64,000 bases of DNA from an uncultured bacterium. Its GTDB lineage: Bacteria > Zhuqueibacterota > QNDG01 > DTFT01. Positions within the stretch are counted from its first letter, which is position 1; each line of letters begins with the position of its first letter. The notes under the pieces are model-generated. The model was not told the origin of the DNA. It made no database searches and was given only the letters and a program-made list of their open reading frames with translations. The stretch lies in NCBI GenBank assembly GCA_963736115.1, contig CAVTNR010000014.1:128001-192000 (forward strand), written 5' to 3'. The translations under genes were made by a program, and so were the position numbers. This document shows, in pieces, positions 12,601 to 22,288 of this stretch.

Positions 12601-14222
12601 CGGAAGAAATCGCGCGCGTCCGGCACACCACACCCGGCGTGACCCTGATTTCACCGCCCCCGCACCATGACATCTATTCCATCGAGGACCTGGCCCAGCT
12701 GATCCACGATCTGCGCACCGTGAATCCGTCCGCGCGGGTGTCCGTGAAGCTGGTGTCGGAGGTCGGCGTCGGCACCGTGGCCGCGGGCGTGGCCAAGGCG
12801 CGCGCCGATCTCGTGCTGATCTCGGGACAGGAGGGAGGCACGGGCGCTTCGCCGCTCACGGCCATCAAGCACGCCGGCCTTCCCTGGGAACTCGGCCTGG
12901 CCGAGGCTCAGCAGGCGCTCATGGCCAACCAGCTCCGCGGCCAGATTCGCGTTCAGGTCGACGGACAGCTCAAGACCGGCCGCGACCTTGCCGTGGCGGC
13001 CCTGCTGGGCGCGGAGGAATTCGGATTCGGAACCGCCCTGCTCATCACCCTCGGGTGCGTGATGGTCCGCAAGTGCCACCTGAACTCCTGCCCAACGGGC
13101 GTGGCCACGCAGGATCCCGTGCTCCGGTCCCGGTTCGGCGGCAAGGCCGATTACGTGGAGCGTTTCCTGCGTTTCACCGCGCAGAATCTGCGCGAACACA
13201 TGGCGTCACTGGGTTTCCGGACCGTGGATGAAATGGTCGGCCGCGCCGATGTTCTGGAATTCACGCCGCCGGCCGGGCACTGGAAGGCGTCGGGCCTCGA
13301 CCTTTCGCCCCTGCTTGTCACCGCGCCCGAGGGCGTCTGCCGGCGCTGCACCTCGGGGCCCGGCCCCCGGGACGAGATCGACCTCGAAGTCCGTATCCGC
13401 GAACTGGCGGAGGCCGCGATCGCGGATGGCCGGAAAACGGAAATCGATCTTCCGGTGCGGAACGTGCACCGGACCGTCGGCGCCGGCATCAGCGGGGAGA
13501 TCGTCCGGCGGCACGGCCCCGGCGGGCTTCCGGACGGCACGCTGGCCATCCGGCTGAAAGGATCCGCGGGCCAGAGCCTGGGCGCGTTTCTCGCGCCGGG
13601 CGTTGAAATACGCGTCGAGGGAGACGCGAACGACTATGTCGGAAAAGGCCTGTCGGGCGGACGCATCGTCCTGGTACCGCCCGCGGGCGCGGCATTCATG
13701 CCGCATGAAAACGTGCTGATCGGAAATGTGGCGCTGTACGGCGCGACCTCCGGGGAGCTCTTTGTCAATGGCATCGCGGGAGAGCGGTTCGCCGTCCGAA
13801 ACAGCGGCGCCGTCGCGGTGGTCGAGGGCATCGGGGATCACGGCTGTGAATACATGACCGGCGGGACCGTTGTGGTCATCGGCCAGACGGGAAACAATTT
13901 CGCCGCGGGCATGAGCGGCGGCATCGCGTACGTGTACGACCCCACGGAACGCTTCGATACGCGGTGCAATTTCGATATGGTCGACCTCGAGAGCGTTTCG
14001 GACCCGAAGGACCGGGTCCTTCTCCGCGGCCTGATCGAGAGGCATTTCGAGAGGACCGCCAGCCCGCGCGCAAAAACCCTTCTGGAAAACTGGGAAGCGC
14101 ACCTGCCCCTGTTCGTGAAGGTCGTGCCCGTCGATTACCGCCAGGTGCTCGAGCGGATGCGGCGGAAGGAGGACACGGAGCAGGAAACAGTGGCCGCGAC
14201 CGAGGAGGTGTTTCATGGGTAA
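9651..14222 (+). CDS. gltB: Glutamate synthase large subunit
   Basis: 'DSCGVGFVA' Ntn start, 'HQRYSTNT', 'EPWDGPA', 'IKIAQGAKPGEGGQLPG', Cys cluster 'CVMVRKCHLNSCPTGVATQ', GXGXG domain. Confidence 0.98.
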   Translation: MQSSNPFQTDAAGRMRPFGLYDPANDRDSCGVGFVARVDGTAHHAMLRDGIRILVNLEHRGAVGGDKSTGDGAGIMAQVPDGFFRKVWTGLRLPPPGDYAVGMTFLPTDAALAERCMQAFERTVKAERCEVLGWREVPTDRSTLGPLARSTEPRVGQLFVSRGETPADAFEARLYVIRRLVEKEILSWKNSAAAAFYVVSLSSRTLVYKGLLNGHQLPEYFPDLLDERFISPFSLVHQRYSTNTLPTWALAQPFRYVGHNGEINTLRGNINRMQGREALMRSPAFPGDDIDKIKPVIMEGGSDSAVFDNVLELLVLAGRSLPHAVMMMIPEAYGGRTGLTEDKHAFYEFHSSLMEPWDGPAAMAFCDGRWIGATLDRNGLRPARFTVTRDGLIALASETGVLEFAAEQIHQHGKLQPGKMLLVDLKQNRIVPDNEIKAEISRRKPYRRWLRENRIELRGLFMPSQAPHVDPEKLTRLQHAFGYTDEDLRILINPMASRGQEAVGSMGNDAGLPVLSSRPQLLFSYFKQLFAQVTNPPIDPLREERVMSLESNVGRERNFLDESPEHCRGLRLHHPILTIDDMVRIAEARHPDLLSRRIDMRFRADGGGAALAEAMERIFAESEAAIASGAAILILSDRDVDAEWAPVPCLMATAGLHHHLLRKGLRTSTGIVVESGEPREIFHFALLIGYGADAVCPTLAFQTVRSLSESSLLEQPLPPENAMDNYITAVKKGLLKTFSRMGISTVHSFYGSQIFEAVGIGPDVIRRFFPGTASPIGGAGLEAIAAESVQRLRRAFPADGRVSKLLDAGGQYAVRNDGEKHLWTPEAVFTLQTAAKLNDYGLYLKFAELMDRLTAGNTTLRGLLRFKPRDPVPLDEVEPVEAILPRFVSAAMSFGSISREAHEAVAAAMNRIGGRSNSGEGGEDPGRTVPLPNGDRLFSRIRQVASGRFGVTTEYLVHADELQIKIAQGAKPGEGGQLPGHKVTEEIARVRHTTPGVTLISPPPHHDIYSIEDLAQLIHDLRTVNPSARVSVKLVSEVGVGTVAAGVAKARADLVLISGQEGGTGASPLTAIKHAGLPWELGLAEAQQALMANQLRGQIRVQVDGQLKTGRDLAVAALLGAEEFGFGTALLITLGCVMVRKCHLNSCPTGVATQDPVLRSRFGGKADYVERFLRFTAQNLREHMASLGFRTVDEMVGRADVLEFTPPAGHWKASGLDLSPLLVTAPEGVCRRCTSGPGPRDEIDLEVRIRELAEAAIADGRKTEIDLPVRNVHRTVGAGISGEIVRRHGPGGLPDGTLAIRLKGSAGQSLGAFLAPGVEIRVEGDANDYVGKGLSGGRIVLVPPAGAAFMPHENVLIGNVALYGATSGELFVNGIAGERFAVRNSGAVAVVEGIGDHGCEYMTGGTVVVIGQTGNNFAAGMSGGIAYVYDPTERFDTRCNFDMVDLESVSDPKDRVLLRGLIERHFERTASPRAKTLLENWEAHLPLFVKVVPVDYRQVLERMRRKEDTEQETVAATEEVFHG

Positions 14223-15654
14223 GCCGACCGGATTTCTGGAGGTGCGGCGGGAGGATCCGGCCAAGCGCAAGGCGGCAGACCGCATCCGGGATTACCGGGA
14301 ATTCGAACTGCCTCTGCCGGCCGAACGGCTCCAGAAGCAGGCGTCCCGGTGCATGGACTGCGGTGTGCCGTACTGCCACGCCTACGGGTGTCCGCTGGCC
14401 AACCGCATCCCTGATTTCAACCACATGGTGTATCTGGGCCAGTGGCAAAAGGCCCTCGACCTTCTGCACGAGACGAACAATTTTCCCGAATTCACGGGAC
14501 GGCTGTGCCCCGCGCCCTGCGAGGCCGCCTGCACATTGTCCGTGAACCAGGACCCCGTTACCATCCGCCACATCGAACAGCAGATCGTGGAATGGGGATG
14601 GCGGGAGGGCGCCATTCGCCCGGAACCGGCGTCCCGGAAGTCCGGCATGCGGGTGGCGGTGGTCGGGTCCGGGCCCGCGGGTCTGGCCGCGGCCCAGCAG
14701 CTCGGCCGCGCCGGGCACGAGGCCGTCGTGTTCGAGCGCGCGGACCGGGCCGGCGGGCTTCTCCGGTACGGTATTCCTGATTTCAAGCTCGAGAAATGGA
14801 TGATCGACCGCCGTATCGAGCAGATGCAGTTGGAGGGCGTGACTTTCGAGACGCAGGTGGACGTGGGCACGGACGTTTCCGCCCGGTACCTGCGGCGCAG
14901 TTTCAAGGCCATTCTGATCGCAGCCGGCGCCTCAGCGCCGCGGGACTTGTCCGTCCCGGGCCGGACCTTGTCCGGCATCCACTTCGCGATGGATTTCCTG
15001 ACCCGGCAGAACCGGCTGGTCGCCGGGGAATCGCAGGACGCGTTCACGCCGATCTCCGCGGCCGACAAGACCGTGGTGGTCATCGGCGGGGGCGACACCG
15101 GTTCCGATTGCGTGGGCACGGCGCGGCGCCAGGGGGCCAGGAGCATCCGGCAGATTGAAATCCTGCCAAGACCCCCGGAGTCGCGGGAACCGTTCAATCC
15201 CTGGCCGGCCTGGCCGAACATCATGCGGCATTCCAGCTCGCATGAGGAGGGATGCGAACGCGACTGGGCGGTTTCCACGGTGTCCTTTTCCGGAGCGGAC
15301 GGGAAAGTGACCGGCCTCCAGTGCAGGCGCGTGGAATGGGATGCCACGGATACGACCGGCCGCAAGGCATTCCGTGAAATTCCAGAATCGGATTTCGAGA
15401 TCAAAGCCGACCTCGTTCTGCTCGCGCTCGGATTTACCCACGTCGAGCACGGCGTTCTTCTTCAGCATCTCGGCGCCCGGCTGGACGACAGGGGCGGTCT
15501 GATCCTCGGTCCGGACGGCATGACCACCCATCCCGGGGTTTTCGCGGCCGGCGACGCGGTGCTCGGCGCAAGCCTCGTCGTGCGGGCCATCCAGAGCGGA
15601 CGCCAGGCGGCTTCGGACGTTTCCCGATTTCTGGCGGGTCTTCCCCCGCGATAA
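14215..15654 (+). CDS. gltD: Glutamate synthase small subunit
   Basis: 'MGKPTGF', 'RCMDCGVPYCH', 'NNFPEFTGRLCPAPCE', FAD/NAD motifs; overlaps gltB. Confidence 0.97.
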   Translation: MGKPTGFLEVRREDPAKRKAADRIRDYREFELPLPAERLQKQASRCMDCGVPYCHAYGCPLANRIPDFNHMVYLGQWQKALDLLHETNNFPEFTGRLCPAPCEAACTLSVNQDPVTIRHIEQQIVEWGWREGAIRPEPASRKSGMRVAVVGSGPAGLAAAQQLGRAGHEAVVFERADRAGGLLRYGIPDFKLEKWMIDRRIEQMQLEGVTFETQVDVGTDVSARYLRRSFKAILIAAGASAPRDLSVPGRTLSGIHFAMDFLTRQNRLVAGESQDAFTPISAADKTVVVIGGGDTGSDCVGTARRQGARSIRQIEILPRPPESREPFNPWPAWPNIMRHSSSHEEGCERDWAVSTVSFSGADGKVTGLQCRRVEWDATDTTGRKAFREIPESDFEIKADLVLLALGFTHVEHGVLLQHLGARLDDRGGLILGPDGMTTHPGVFAAGDAVLGASLVVRAIQSGRQAASDVSRFLAGLPPR

Positions 15655-15687
15655 AACGACTTATTTCTCAGGACAACCCCCTCACAG

Positions 15688-15726
15688 AAACCGGTCCGCG
15701 TCTTCATCAAGCGGGCCGGTTTTTTT
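15688..15726 (+). terminator. Rho-independent terminator after gltD
   Basis: AAACCGGTCCGC...GCGGGCCGGTTT stem followed by a T-run. Confidence 0.8.
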
Positions 15727-15847
15727 ATTTTCCTTTCTGACGCGGAGTTTGTATCTTATAAGAGGCAAAGCGCATGGCGCACAGAGCAAAGAGCACAGGG
15801 TAAAACGTCTGTCGTTGTTCATCGATCATAGAGGGGAGAAAGTCCGG

Positions 15848-16822
15848 TTGAAAATCCAAACCATAGAATACCGCGGATGGAAGGATTCGGTGGAGATATT
15901 GAACGTGGATTGCAGGGTCGTTGTCGTGCCTGCCATCGGGCGCATCATGCATTACGGGTTCCGGGACGCGGAGAACATGCTGTGGGAAAATCCGGCGCTC
16001 TCCGGCATCCGTCTGCCGGATCCGGATACCGGATCCTTTCCGGGGACGATGGAGTGGATGAATTTCGGGGGGGACAAGGTCTGGCCCATGGAGCAGGGAA
16101 GATGGTCGGCCGTGAACGGGTCCGCCTGGCCGCCGGATCCGTGGTTCGACGGAGCGGCGCACACCGCCCGTCTTACTCCGGAGGGATGCGTCATCACAGG
16201 ACCGGTCAGCCGTTTCAACGGCGGACGTTCCGTGCGCGAAATCCGTCTTGCGGCCTCGGGCACTCGCCTGTCCATCCGCCAGCGCATCGAAAAAATGATG
16301 CCGGTTCCTGCAGTAGCCGGAGGACCGGTTCTATTCACGAACTGGAACGTCACCCAGGTCCGCAGGCCAGAACGCATTCTGTTCCCGGCCGTGCCCCGGG
16401 ATCCTTCCGGGCCGTGGTTTCACGATTATGTTTTCGAGGGAGCATCCGCGTCGGACCGTGCGCGAAAATGGCCGGGGCCCGGAGAGGGAACGGGCATCTT
16501 CACGCCGGACCCGGTCCGTTCATTGAAAATCGGGGCGGACACTGAAGGATGGCTGGCCGGCCTCGTCGGAGAGGACCTGATCGTTGAACGGTTCGAACGC
16601 GTTCCTGATGCCGCGTATCCGGACGGCGGGCTCACCGTGGCGGCCTATTCCTGTCCGGAATACGCGGAACTGGAAATCATGAGTCCCTTGCGTCCGCTCA
16701 CGCCCGGAGACACGCTCTTGTTTGATATCGAATGGGAACTGACCACCCTGTCCTCTGTTTCCGGAGAGGAACGGCTGGAGGAGGCGGTCGGGGTTCTCAC
16801 CGGGATGAAGCCCGGCGCGTGA
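15848..16822 (+). CDS. Hypothetical protein, DUF4380-like
   Basis: 'YRGWKDS...VVPAIGRIMHY', 'NFGGDKVWP', 'YPDGG', 'YAELEIMSP'. Start uncertain (TTG 15848 or 15749). Confidence 0.65.
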   Translation: MKIQTIEYRGWKDSVEILNVDCRVVVVPAIGRIMHYGFRDAENMLWENPALSGIRLPDPDTGSFPGTMEWMNFGGDKVWPMEQGRWSAVNGSAWPPDPWFDGAAHTARLTPEGCVITGPVSRFNGGRSVREIRLAASGTRLSIRQRIEKMMPVPAVAGGPVLFTNWNVTQVRRPERILFPAVPRDPSGPWFHDYVFEGASASDRARKWPGPGEGTGIFTPDPVRSLKIGADTEGWLAGLVGEDLIVERFERVPDAAYPDGGLTVAAYSCPEYAELEIMSPLRPLTPGDTLLFDIEWELTTLSSVSGEERLEEAVGVLTGMKPGA

Positions 16823-16850
16823 ACGACCGTCCCGGCGATCCGGGCCCGTC

Positions 16851-17219
16851 CTACCGGAACGTCTTGCCGAAGGGAGACAGGGCGAGGCCGGTGAGCTTGA
16901 CGTGCTGTTTCGCGAAAGGCAGTCCGATCACGGTGATCGCCAGCAGCAGGGCGAAGACCAGGTGGCAGACCGCGATCCAGATTCCGCCGACGAGAATCCA
17001 GAGGATGTTCATGAGGATCGAGAGAATGGTCGGCGGTTCCCGTTTTTCAATCACCTTTTTGCCGAACGGAAAAAGCGCCAGCAGGGACAGCTTGATACAC
17101 TGCACGCCGAAGGGGATGCCGATGATCGTGAGGCAGAGGATCAGGCCGCCGATCAGGTAACCGATGAAGATCAGTATCCCGCCGAAGACCATCCAGACCA
17201 GGTTGCCGAGAACGCTCAA
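16851..17219 (-). CDS. yccF: YccF-domain inner membrane protein
   Basis: Duplicated 'GNLVW..FGG...TIIGIPFG.Q..KL....PFGK' motif. Confidence 0.88.
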   Translation of the reverse strand: MSVLGNLVWMVFGGILIFIGYLIGGLILCLTIIGIPFGVQCIKLSLLALFPFGKKVIEKREPPTILSILMNILWILVGGIWIAVCHLVFALLLAITVIGLPFAKQHVKLTGLALSPFGKTFR

Positions 17220-17260
17220 GTCATCTCCCTGATGTTGATTCCGGTTCGTCGTTCACTCCG

Positions 17261-17344
17261 GTGCGGAGGCTCCCGCCTCCGCACTTGCGGGGTGAAATGA
17301 TAATCCGAGATTGCCACGCCCCGCGGAGTGGGGCTCGCAATGAC
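17261..17344. repeat. Two adjacent REP-like hairpins
   Basis: GTGCGGAGGC-TCCC-GCCTCCGCAC (17261-17284) and GAGATTGCCACGCCCC...GGGGCTCGCAATGAC (17307-17344). Confidence 0.6.
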
Positions 17345-17362
17345 AGGTCCGTGTCCGCCGGC

Positions 17363-18829
17363 CTACAATTCCTTCATATAGATATTTTTGAAATACACCG
17401 GCGCGCGGGAATCGTGGTTCTGCAGGCCGATGTATCCCCGGTCCGCGACCGAACGGATTTTACCCGCGGGCATGGCTTCCCAGTCGATCACGGGAACGCC
17501 GTTGAGTTCAACCGCGATGCGTTTCCCCTGAAACGTGATTTTAATGTGATTCCACTCCCGGGGGCCATTGAAAGCCCTGACCGAAGGGGCCTTGGCGTCG
17601 TACACGGCGGCCGTGTTGTGGATGCCGGGGCTTGCGTCGTCGATCTGAATCTCGAACGATTTGTAAATGTAATCGTCGCTCGACGGCATCTCGGGCACGC
17701 GGAGGAAAATGCCGGAATTCGAGAACACCTCGGAGACCTTGTAATCCAGTTCGAGCGTGAAATCGCCGAACATCTTCTCGCTGAACCAGAGCAGGCCCAT
17801 CCCGTCCTGGGGCGTGAGCACGCCGGTTTTCGGATCAACGAGAAAATAGCCGGGCCCGTAATGGTTCCAGCCGTGCAGGTTGTACGAGCCGTTCCACCGC
17901 TTGATCAGGGGCAGATACCCCTTGAAGTATGTGATGCCGTCGATATACCGGAGTCCTTTCGAGATCGAAGGCGAAGGGTTCATCAGCTCGGCCTCGTTCT
18001 CGTGCTCGATGGACACGTAACCGTCGTAATCCTGCAGTGTCAATTCAGCCAGGATGTCCCGGATATTGGCTTTTCCGGAACCGAAGGGAACGTCTCGGGC
18101 GTCGTTTTTCCCGAACGCGTCCAGATCCTTCAGATGGCAGTGGACGATTCGGCCGCGGAGCAGGCGCAGGGCCTCCAGCGGGTTCACACCGGACCGCATC
18201 CAGTGGCCGGTGTCCGCGCCTGAACCGATCCGCTCGTCCAGGCCCTTAACCCGGTCGAGTACGGTTTCCGGCAGGCCGAATCGGCTCCAGTCCGATCCCG
18301 TGGGATGGTTGTGTATGGAAACCCGAATCCCGGTTTCCTTCACCAGCCGATCGAGCACGGACCAGCCCTCCCAGGCCGGCTCGGTGTTGATCACATCGAT
18401 GCCCATGTCACGGCAGAAATCGAACACCTCCCGCACCTCAGGTTCGGATGGGCCGAAGGACACCACGCCGTACGCCACGAGCCGCATTCCGGCTTCCTTC
18501 AGACGGTTCCGAACCCAGTCCTTCTGTTCCGTGTTCATTTTGTGGTCGAACACGGCTCCGGGCATGGAGGGCGACAGGGGCTGTCCGGGATAGGCCTCGA
18601 GATACCGTATCCCGAGGGCCATTGTTTTTTCAACGGCTTCGTCGAACGTGAATTTGTGGAACGTCCAGCACTGCATGGCGATCTTGAACTCCTTGATGCG
18701 GACGTTTTCATAACGGCCGGCGCATGAGCAGGCGCCTGTCGGCTTCGCTTTCGGTCCGGATAACAGCGCGGCCGGGAGCAGGACAGCGGCGGCGATCATT
18801 GAAACAGCGGCGCGGGAAACGGGTCTCAT
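17363..18829 (-). CDS. Exported sugar-phosphate isomerase/epimerase-type TIM barrel fused to a DUF1080 domain
   Basis: Signal peptide; 'SIHNHP', 'ADTGHW', 'HLKD', 'SIEHE'; C-terminal 'GDFTLELDYK...NSGIF...EIQI...WNH...GYIGLQNH...FKNI'. ATG 18829 overlaps the MFS stop. Confidence 0.85.
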   Translation of the reverse strand: MRPVSRAAVSMIAAAVLLPAALLSGPKAKPTGACSCAGRYENVRIKEFKIAMQCWTFHKFTFDEAVEKTMALGIRYLEAYPGQPLSPSMPGAVFDHKMNTEQKDWVRNRLKEAGMRLVAYGVVSFGPSEPEVREVFDFCRDMGIDVINTEPAWEGWSVLDRLVKETGIRVSIHNHPTGSDWSRFGLPETVLDRVKGLDERIGSGADTGHWMRSGVNPLEALRLLRGRIVHCHLKDLDAFGKNDARDVPFGSGKANIRDILAELTLQDYDGYVSIEHENEAELMNPSPSISKGLRYIDGITYFKGYLPLIKRWNGSYNLHGWNHYGPGYFLVDPKTGVLTPQDGMGLLWFSEKMFGDFTLELDYKVSEVFSNSGIFLRVPEMPSSDDYIYKSFEIQIDDASPGIHNTAAVYDAKAPSVRAFNGPREWNHIKITFQGKRIAVELNGVPVIDWEAMPAGKIRSVADRGYIGLQNHDSRAPVYFKNIYMKEL

Positions 18830-20046
18830 GAGCGTGCTCCTTTCTTTTGAACCGGGGATCCTGAATCGTCCCGGAACAGCAGCCCGAACAGGACCAGGAC
18901 TGCGGCCGCGAAACCGGCCGGAATCCACCAGAACGACTGCCACTGGGGAAGCGCGGCGGCCCCGGTTTCCGTGATCGTGGCGTTGAATATCCAGCCCGTG
19001 ACCTGCGCGCCGATCAGCATGCCGATGCCGTAGGTGACCAGAACGATGAATCCCTGCGCCTGCCCCCGGATGTCCGCGGAAGCCTTCTTGTCCACGTAGA
19101 TCTGGCCTGTCACGAAGAAGAAGTCATAGCAGATGCCGTGCAGAAGAATGCCGCCGTAGATCATCCACACGACCGCGTCCGACGCGCCCAGGGCGAAGAG
19201 CACGTAGCGCAGCACCCAGGCCAGCATGCCCACGAACAGGGTCCACTTCACCTTCAGAAAACGGAAGAAGAAGGGCAGGAGCACGATGAAAACGGCCTCG
19301 GACATCTGGCCGAAGGACAGGCTGAAGCCGGGCTTGGCGAAACCGGCGTGGGCCACGAACATCTGTGCGTAGGAGTAATACGCGGCCAGCGGAATGCAGA
19401 TCAGAAGCGAACTCAGGATGAAGATATTGAAGGAACGGCTGCTCAGCCGGCTGATGGCGTCGATGCCCATGATCTCGCGGAACGACGTCTTTTTTCCCGC
19501 GGCCGGGGGAGGCGTGTGTGGAAGGGTGAAGCTGTAAAGGCCCATAAGCACGCCCGCGACGCCCGCCACGTGCAGTGGAATCGCGGTCTTGTCCGCGGCC
19601 AGGAGGCCGCTGACCAGCACGCCTGCGACGATCCAGCCGATGGTGCCGAAGGCCCGGATCAGGGGGAATTCCTTCTCCTGGGACCGTATGTGGTGAAAGG
19701 CGAGCGTGTTCGCCAGGCCGATGGTCGGCTGGTAGCACAGCATATGGAGCAGCAGCATGCCGATGAATGCGGCTGGCGACGACACGACGAACGGCGCGCA
19801 GAACATCGCGATGCCGCCGAGTATGTGCATGACACCCAGCACCCGTTCCGTCGGGAAGAAGCGATCCGCGATCATGCCCAGGAAAAACGGGGAGACAATG
19901 GCGCCGATCGGACCGACTGTGAAGGCCAGATACACGTATTTGGCCATCCCAAGCTCGCCCATGTAGTTGGCCACGGTGACGTACCAGGCCCCCCAGACGA
20001 AGAATTCAAGGAACATCATGATACTGAGGCGGAATTTGGTGCCCAT
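18826..20046 (-). CDS. MFS nucleoside:H+ symporter family permease (NupG/YegT-like)
   Basis: 'RLSIMMFLEFFVWGAW', 'IRAFGTIGWI', 'HGICYDFFFVTGQIYVD'. Confidence 0.9.
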   Translation of the reverse strand: MGTKFRLSIMMFLEFFVWGAWYVTVANYMGELGMAKYVYLAFTVGPIGAIVSPFFLGMIADRFFPTERVLGVMHILGGIAMFCAPFVVSSPAAFIGMLLLHMLCYQPTIGLANTLAFHHIRSQEKEFPLIRAFGTIGWIVAGVLVSGLLAADKTAIPLHVAGVAGVLMGLYSFTLPHTPPPAAGKKTSFREIMGIDAISRLSSRSFNIFILSSLLICIPLAAYYSYAQMFVAHAGFAKPGFSLSFGQMSEAVFIVLLPFFFRFLKVKWTLFVGMLAWVLRYVLFALGASDAVVWMIYGGILLHGICYDFFFVTGQIYVDKKASADIRGQAQGFIVLVTYGIGMLIGAQVTGWIFNATITETGAAALPQWQSFWWIPAGFAAAVLVLFGLLFRDDSGSPVQKKGARS

Positions 20047-20504
20047 GTGTCCTCCGGTCGATGGATGAGAGTGATCTCGTGAAGGTCAGCGGGAGCGTTC
20101 ACCGCTTCGGCGTGCAATGAAAATATTGACATTTTTCCCGGCAAATTCAAGCGAAAAATGCCCCATAGGGGTACCCGAAGGGGTACTCGTAGGGGCGCCC
20201 GAATAGACGCCTTCCGGGCTACTCACGGGAATATCCGCAGGGAGAGGCACCCGGACCGGTGGCCTGGGCGATCGGGAGCGGCGTGGATGTAAAATCTTGT
20301 CATCCAACGGTTTAAAACCGGATGGACAGGAGCGGCAGGCCCCGGTTGCCCTGTTTTCACTTTACGCAGGCCATAAAAAACCGTATATTAACAGCATAAC
20401 ACCGGCTGCGGATCGCGGTCGGAACGGTGTTTCGGAAGGCGGTCGTCCGTATTCGCGGGGACTGGCGGGAAACGGTCCTCTCTTTTTATAATTCAGTCAG
20501 GACC

Positions 20505-22178
20505 ATGATGCGAGATATCAGCTCTGGAAAGCGCTGCGTTTTCCTCATAATATCGATACTGGCCGTTTCGGCCGCGACGGTTTCCGCCTCCAGTCGCGAT
20601 CACAGGGACTGGAGCGCCGGTCTCTCCATCTACGAGGTGAATGTCCGCGCGTACTCGGATGCAGGGACGTTCGGGGCCTTTCGAGCCGAACTGCCCCGGT
20701 TGCAGGAAATGGGCGTGGGCGTACTCTGGTTCATGCCGATACACCCCATCGGCGTTGAAAATCGTCTCGGCAGTCTGGGCAGTCCATACTCCGTTCGGGA
20801 TTACCTGGACGTCAATCCGGAATTCGGCGATCTCGACGATTTCCGCGATCTGGTCCGCGACATACACGACCGCGGCATGTTCGTGATCATCGACTGGGTC
20901 GCCAACCACACGGCCTGGGACAATGACCTGACCGTGGAGCATCCCGAATGGTATGTTCGCGATGCGCTCGGAGGTTTCATACCGCCTCCGGGAACCAATT
21001 GGACCGACGTGATCGAGCTGGACTATTCGAATCCGGACCTCCGCCGCTGGATGATCGATGCCATGAAGTTCTGGGTAACGGACATCGGCGTGGATGGATT
21101 CCGCTGCGACGCGGTGTCCATGGTCCCGAGGGATTTCTGGGAGGAAGCGATCGCCGCCTTGAAATCAACCCGTTCCGACCTCTTCCTCCTCGCCGAGGCG
21201 GACGGGCCGGAATGGCACGCGGCCGGATTCAACATGACCTACGGCTGGGGATTGTACGGTTTCGGAGCGGGCGTCCTGAAAAGGATAGCGGACGGCACAG
21301 CGGACGCGGACGACCTGAACGCGTACGCGGTGGAGGAAAGGCGGCGTTTTCCGGCTGAGGCGTACCGGATGTATTTCACGTCCAATCACGACGAGAACGC
21401 CTGGCACGGAACAACGTCCGAACTGTTCGGCCAGGCCGCGGTCGCGTTTTCCGTTTTGGCGGCCACGTTCAACGGCATGCCGCTGGTGTACGGCGGCCAG
21501 GAGGCCGGGCTGAAAGACAGGCTCCTGTTTTTCGACAAGGATGAAATCGAGTGGAGAGATCTGTCGGCGTCCAGCCTCTACGGCCCGATCCTCCGTCTGA
21601 AGCGGGAGAATCGGGCGCTGTGGAATGGCGGCTCGGGCGGATCCCTCACTCGGATCCCGACGCAGGATCCAAAACGGTTCTTCGCGTTTCTCAGGGATAA
21701 GGACGGAGACCGGGTTCTGGCTGTTCTGAATCTGTCCGATGAAGATCGGAACGTGACCCTGTCCGGGGCCTTTTTCAGCGGGATTTACAAGAACGTATTT
21801 AACGGAGAAGAAACAACGCTCGGAGATGGATCCGTCCTCAACCTGCCGGACTGGGGATACGCGGTTTTCGAGTCGCGGGCGGCCTCATCGGCCCGGCCGG
21901 ATCGGGACGCTCCGTCGCGTTTCGGGATACAGCGGATTTATCCGAATCCCTTTAACTCGGCCGCTCGGATTTCGTTCACGATCGATCGGGCCGCGGATAC
22001 GCGGCTGACGGTTTTCGATTCAGCCGGCCGCGAGGTCCAGGAGCTGAGCGCCGGACGGGCGGAGCCGGGTTTTCACGACATCGCATTCGATGCCGGCGGT
22101 CTGCCGAGCGGCCTGTATATTGCGCGTCTGACCTCGGGAAGACGCTCCGCCTCCGGCCGGATGATGCTCCTCCGGTGA
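20505..22178 (+). CDS. Secreted GH13 alpha-amylase-family glycosidase with T9SS-A-like C-terminal domain
   Basis: 'IYEVNVR', 'DWVANHT', 'GFRCDAV', 'LAEA', 'SNHDEN'; tail 'YPNPFN...LPSGLY'. Confidence 0.92.
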   Translation: MMRDISSGKRCVFLIISILAVSAATVSASSRDHRDWSAGLSIYEVNVRAYSDAGTFGAFRAELPRLQEMGVGVLWFMPIHPIGVENRLGSLGSPYSVRDYLDVNPEFGDLDDFRDLVRDIHDRGMFVIIDWVANHTAWDNDLTVEHPEWYVRDALGGFIPPPGTNWTDVIELDYSNPDLRRWMIDAMKFWVTDIGVDGFRCDAVSMVPRDFWEEAIAALKSTRSDLFLLAEADGPEWHAAGFNMTYGWGLYGFGAGVLKRIADGTADADDLNAYAVEERRRFPAEAYRMYFTSNHDENAWHGTTSELFGQAAVAFSVLAATFNGMPLVYGGQEAGLKDRLLFFDKDEIEWRDLSASSLYGPILRLKRENRALWNGGSGGSLTRIPTQDPKRFFAFLRDKDGDRVLAVLNLSDEDRNVTLSGAFFSGIYKNVFNGEETTLGDGSVLNLPDWGYAVFESRAASSARPDRDAPSRFGIQRIYPNPFNSAARISFTIDRAADTRLTVFDSAGREVQELSAGRAEPGFHDIAFDAGGLPSGLYIARLTSGRRSASGRMMLLR

Positions 22179-22288
22179 CCGGACGGCCGGTCCGCGGAAA
22201 GCGGGTCCGGTCCGCGATTGCAATTCCGTTAACTGACCTTCGGCCGGTCAAATGCCGGCACGAGAAGTCCGATTTGAGGAGACCGACC

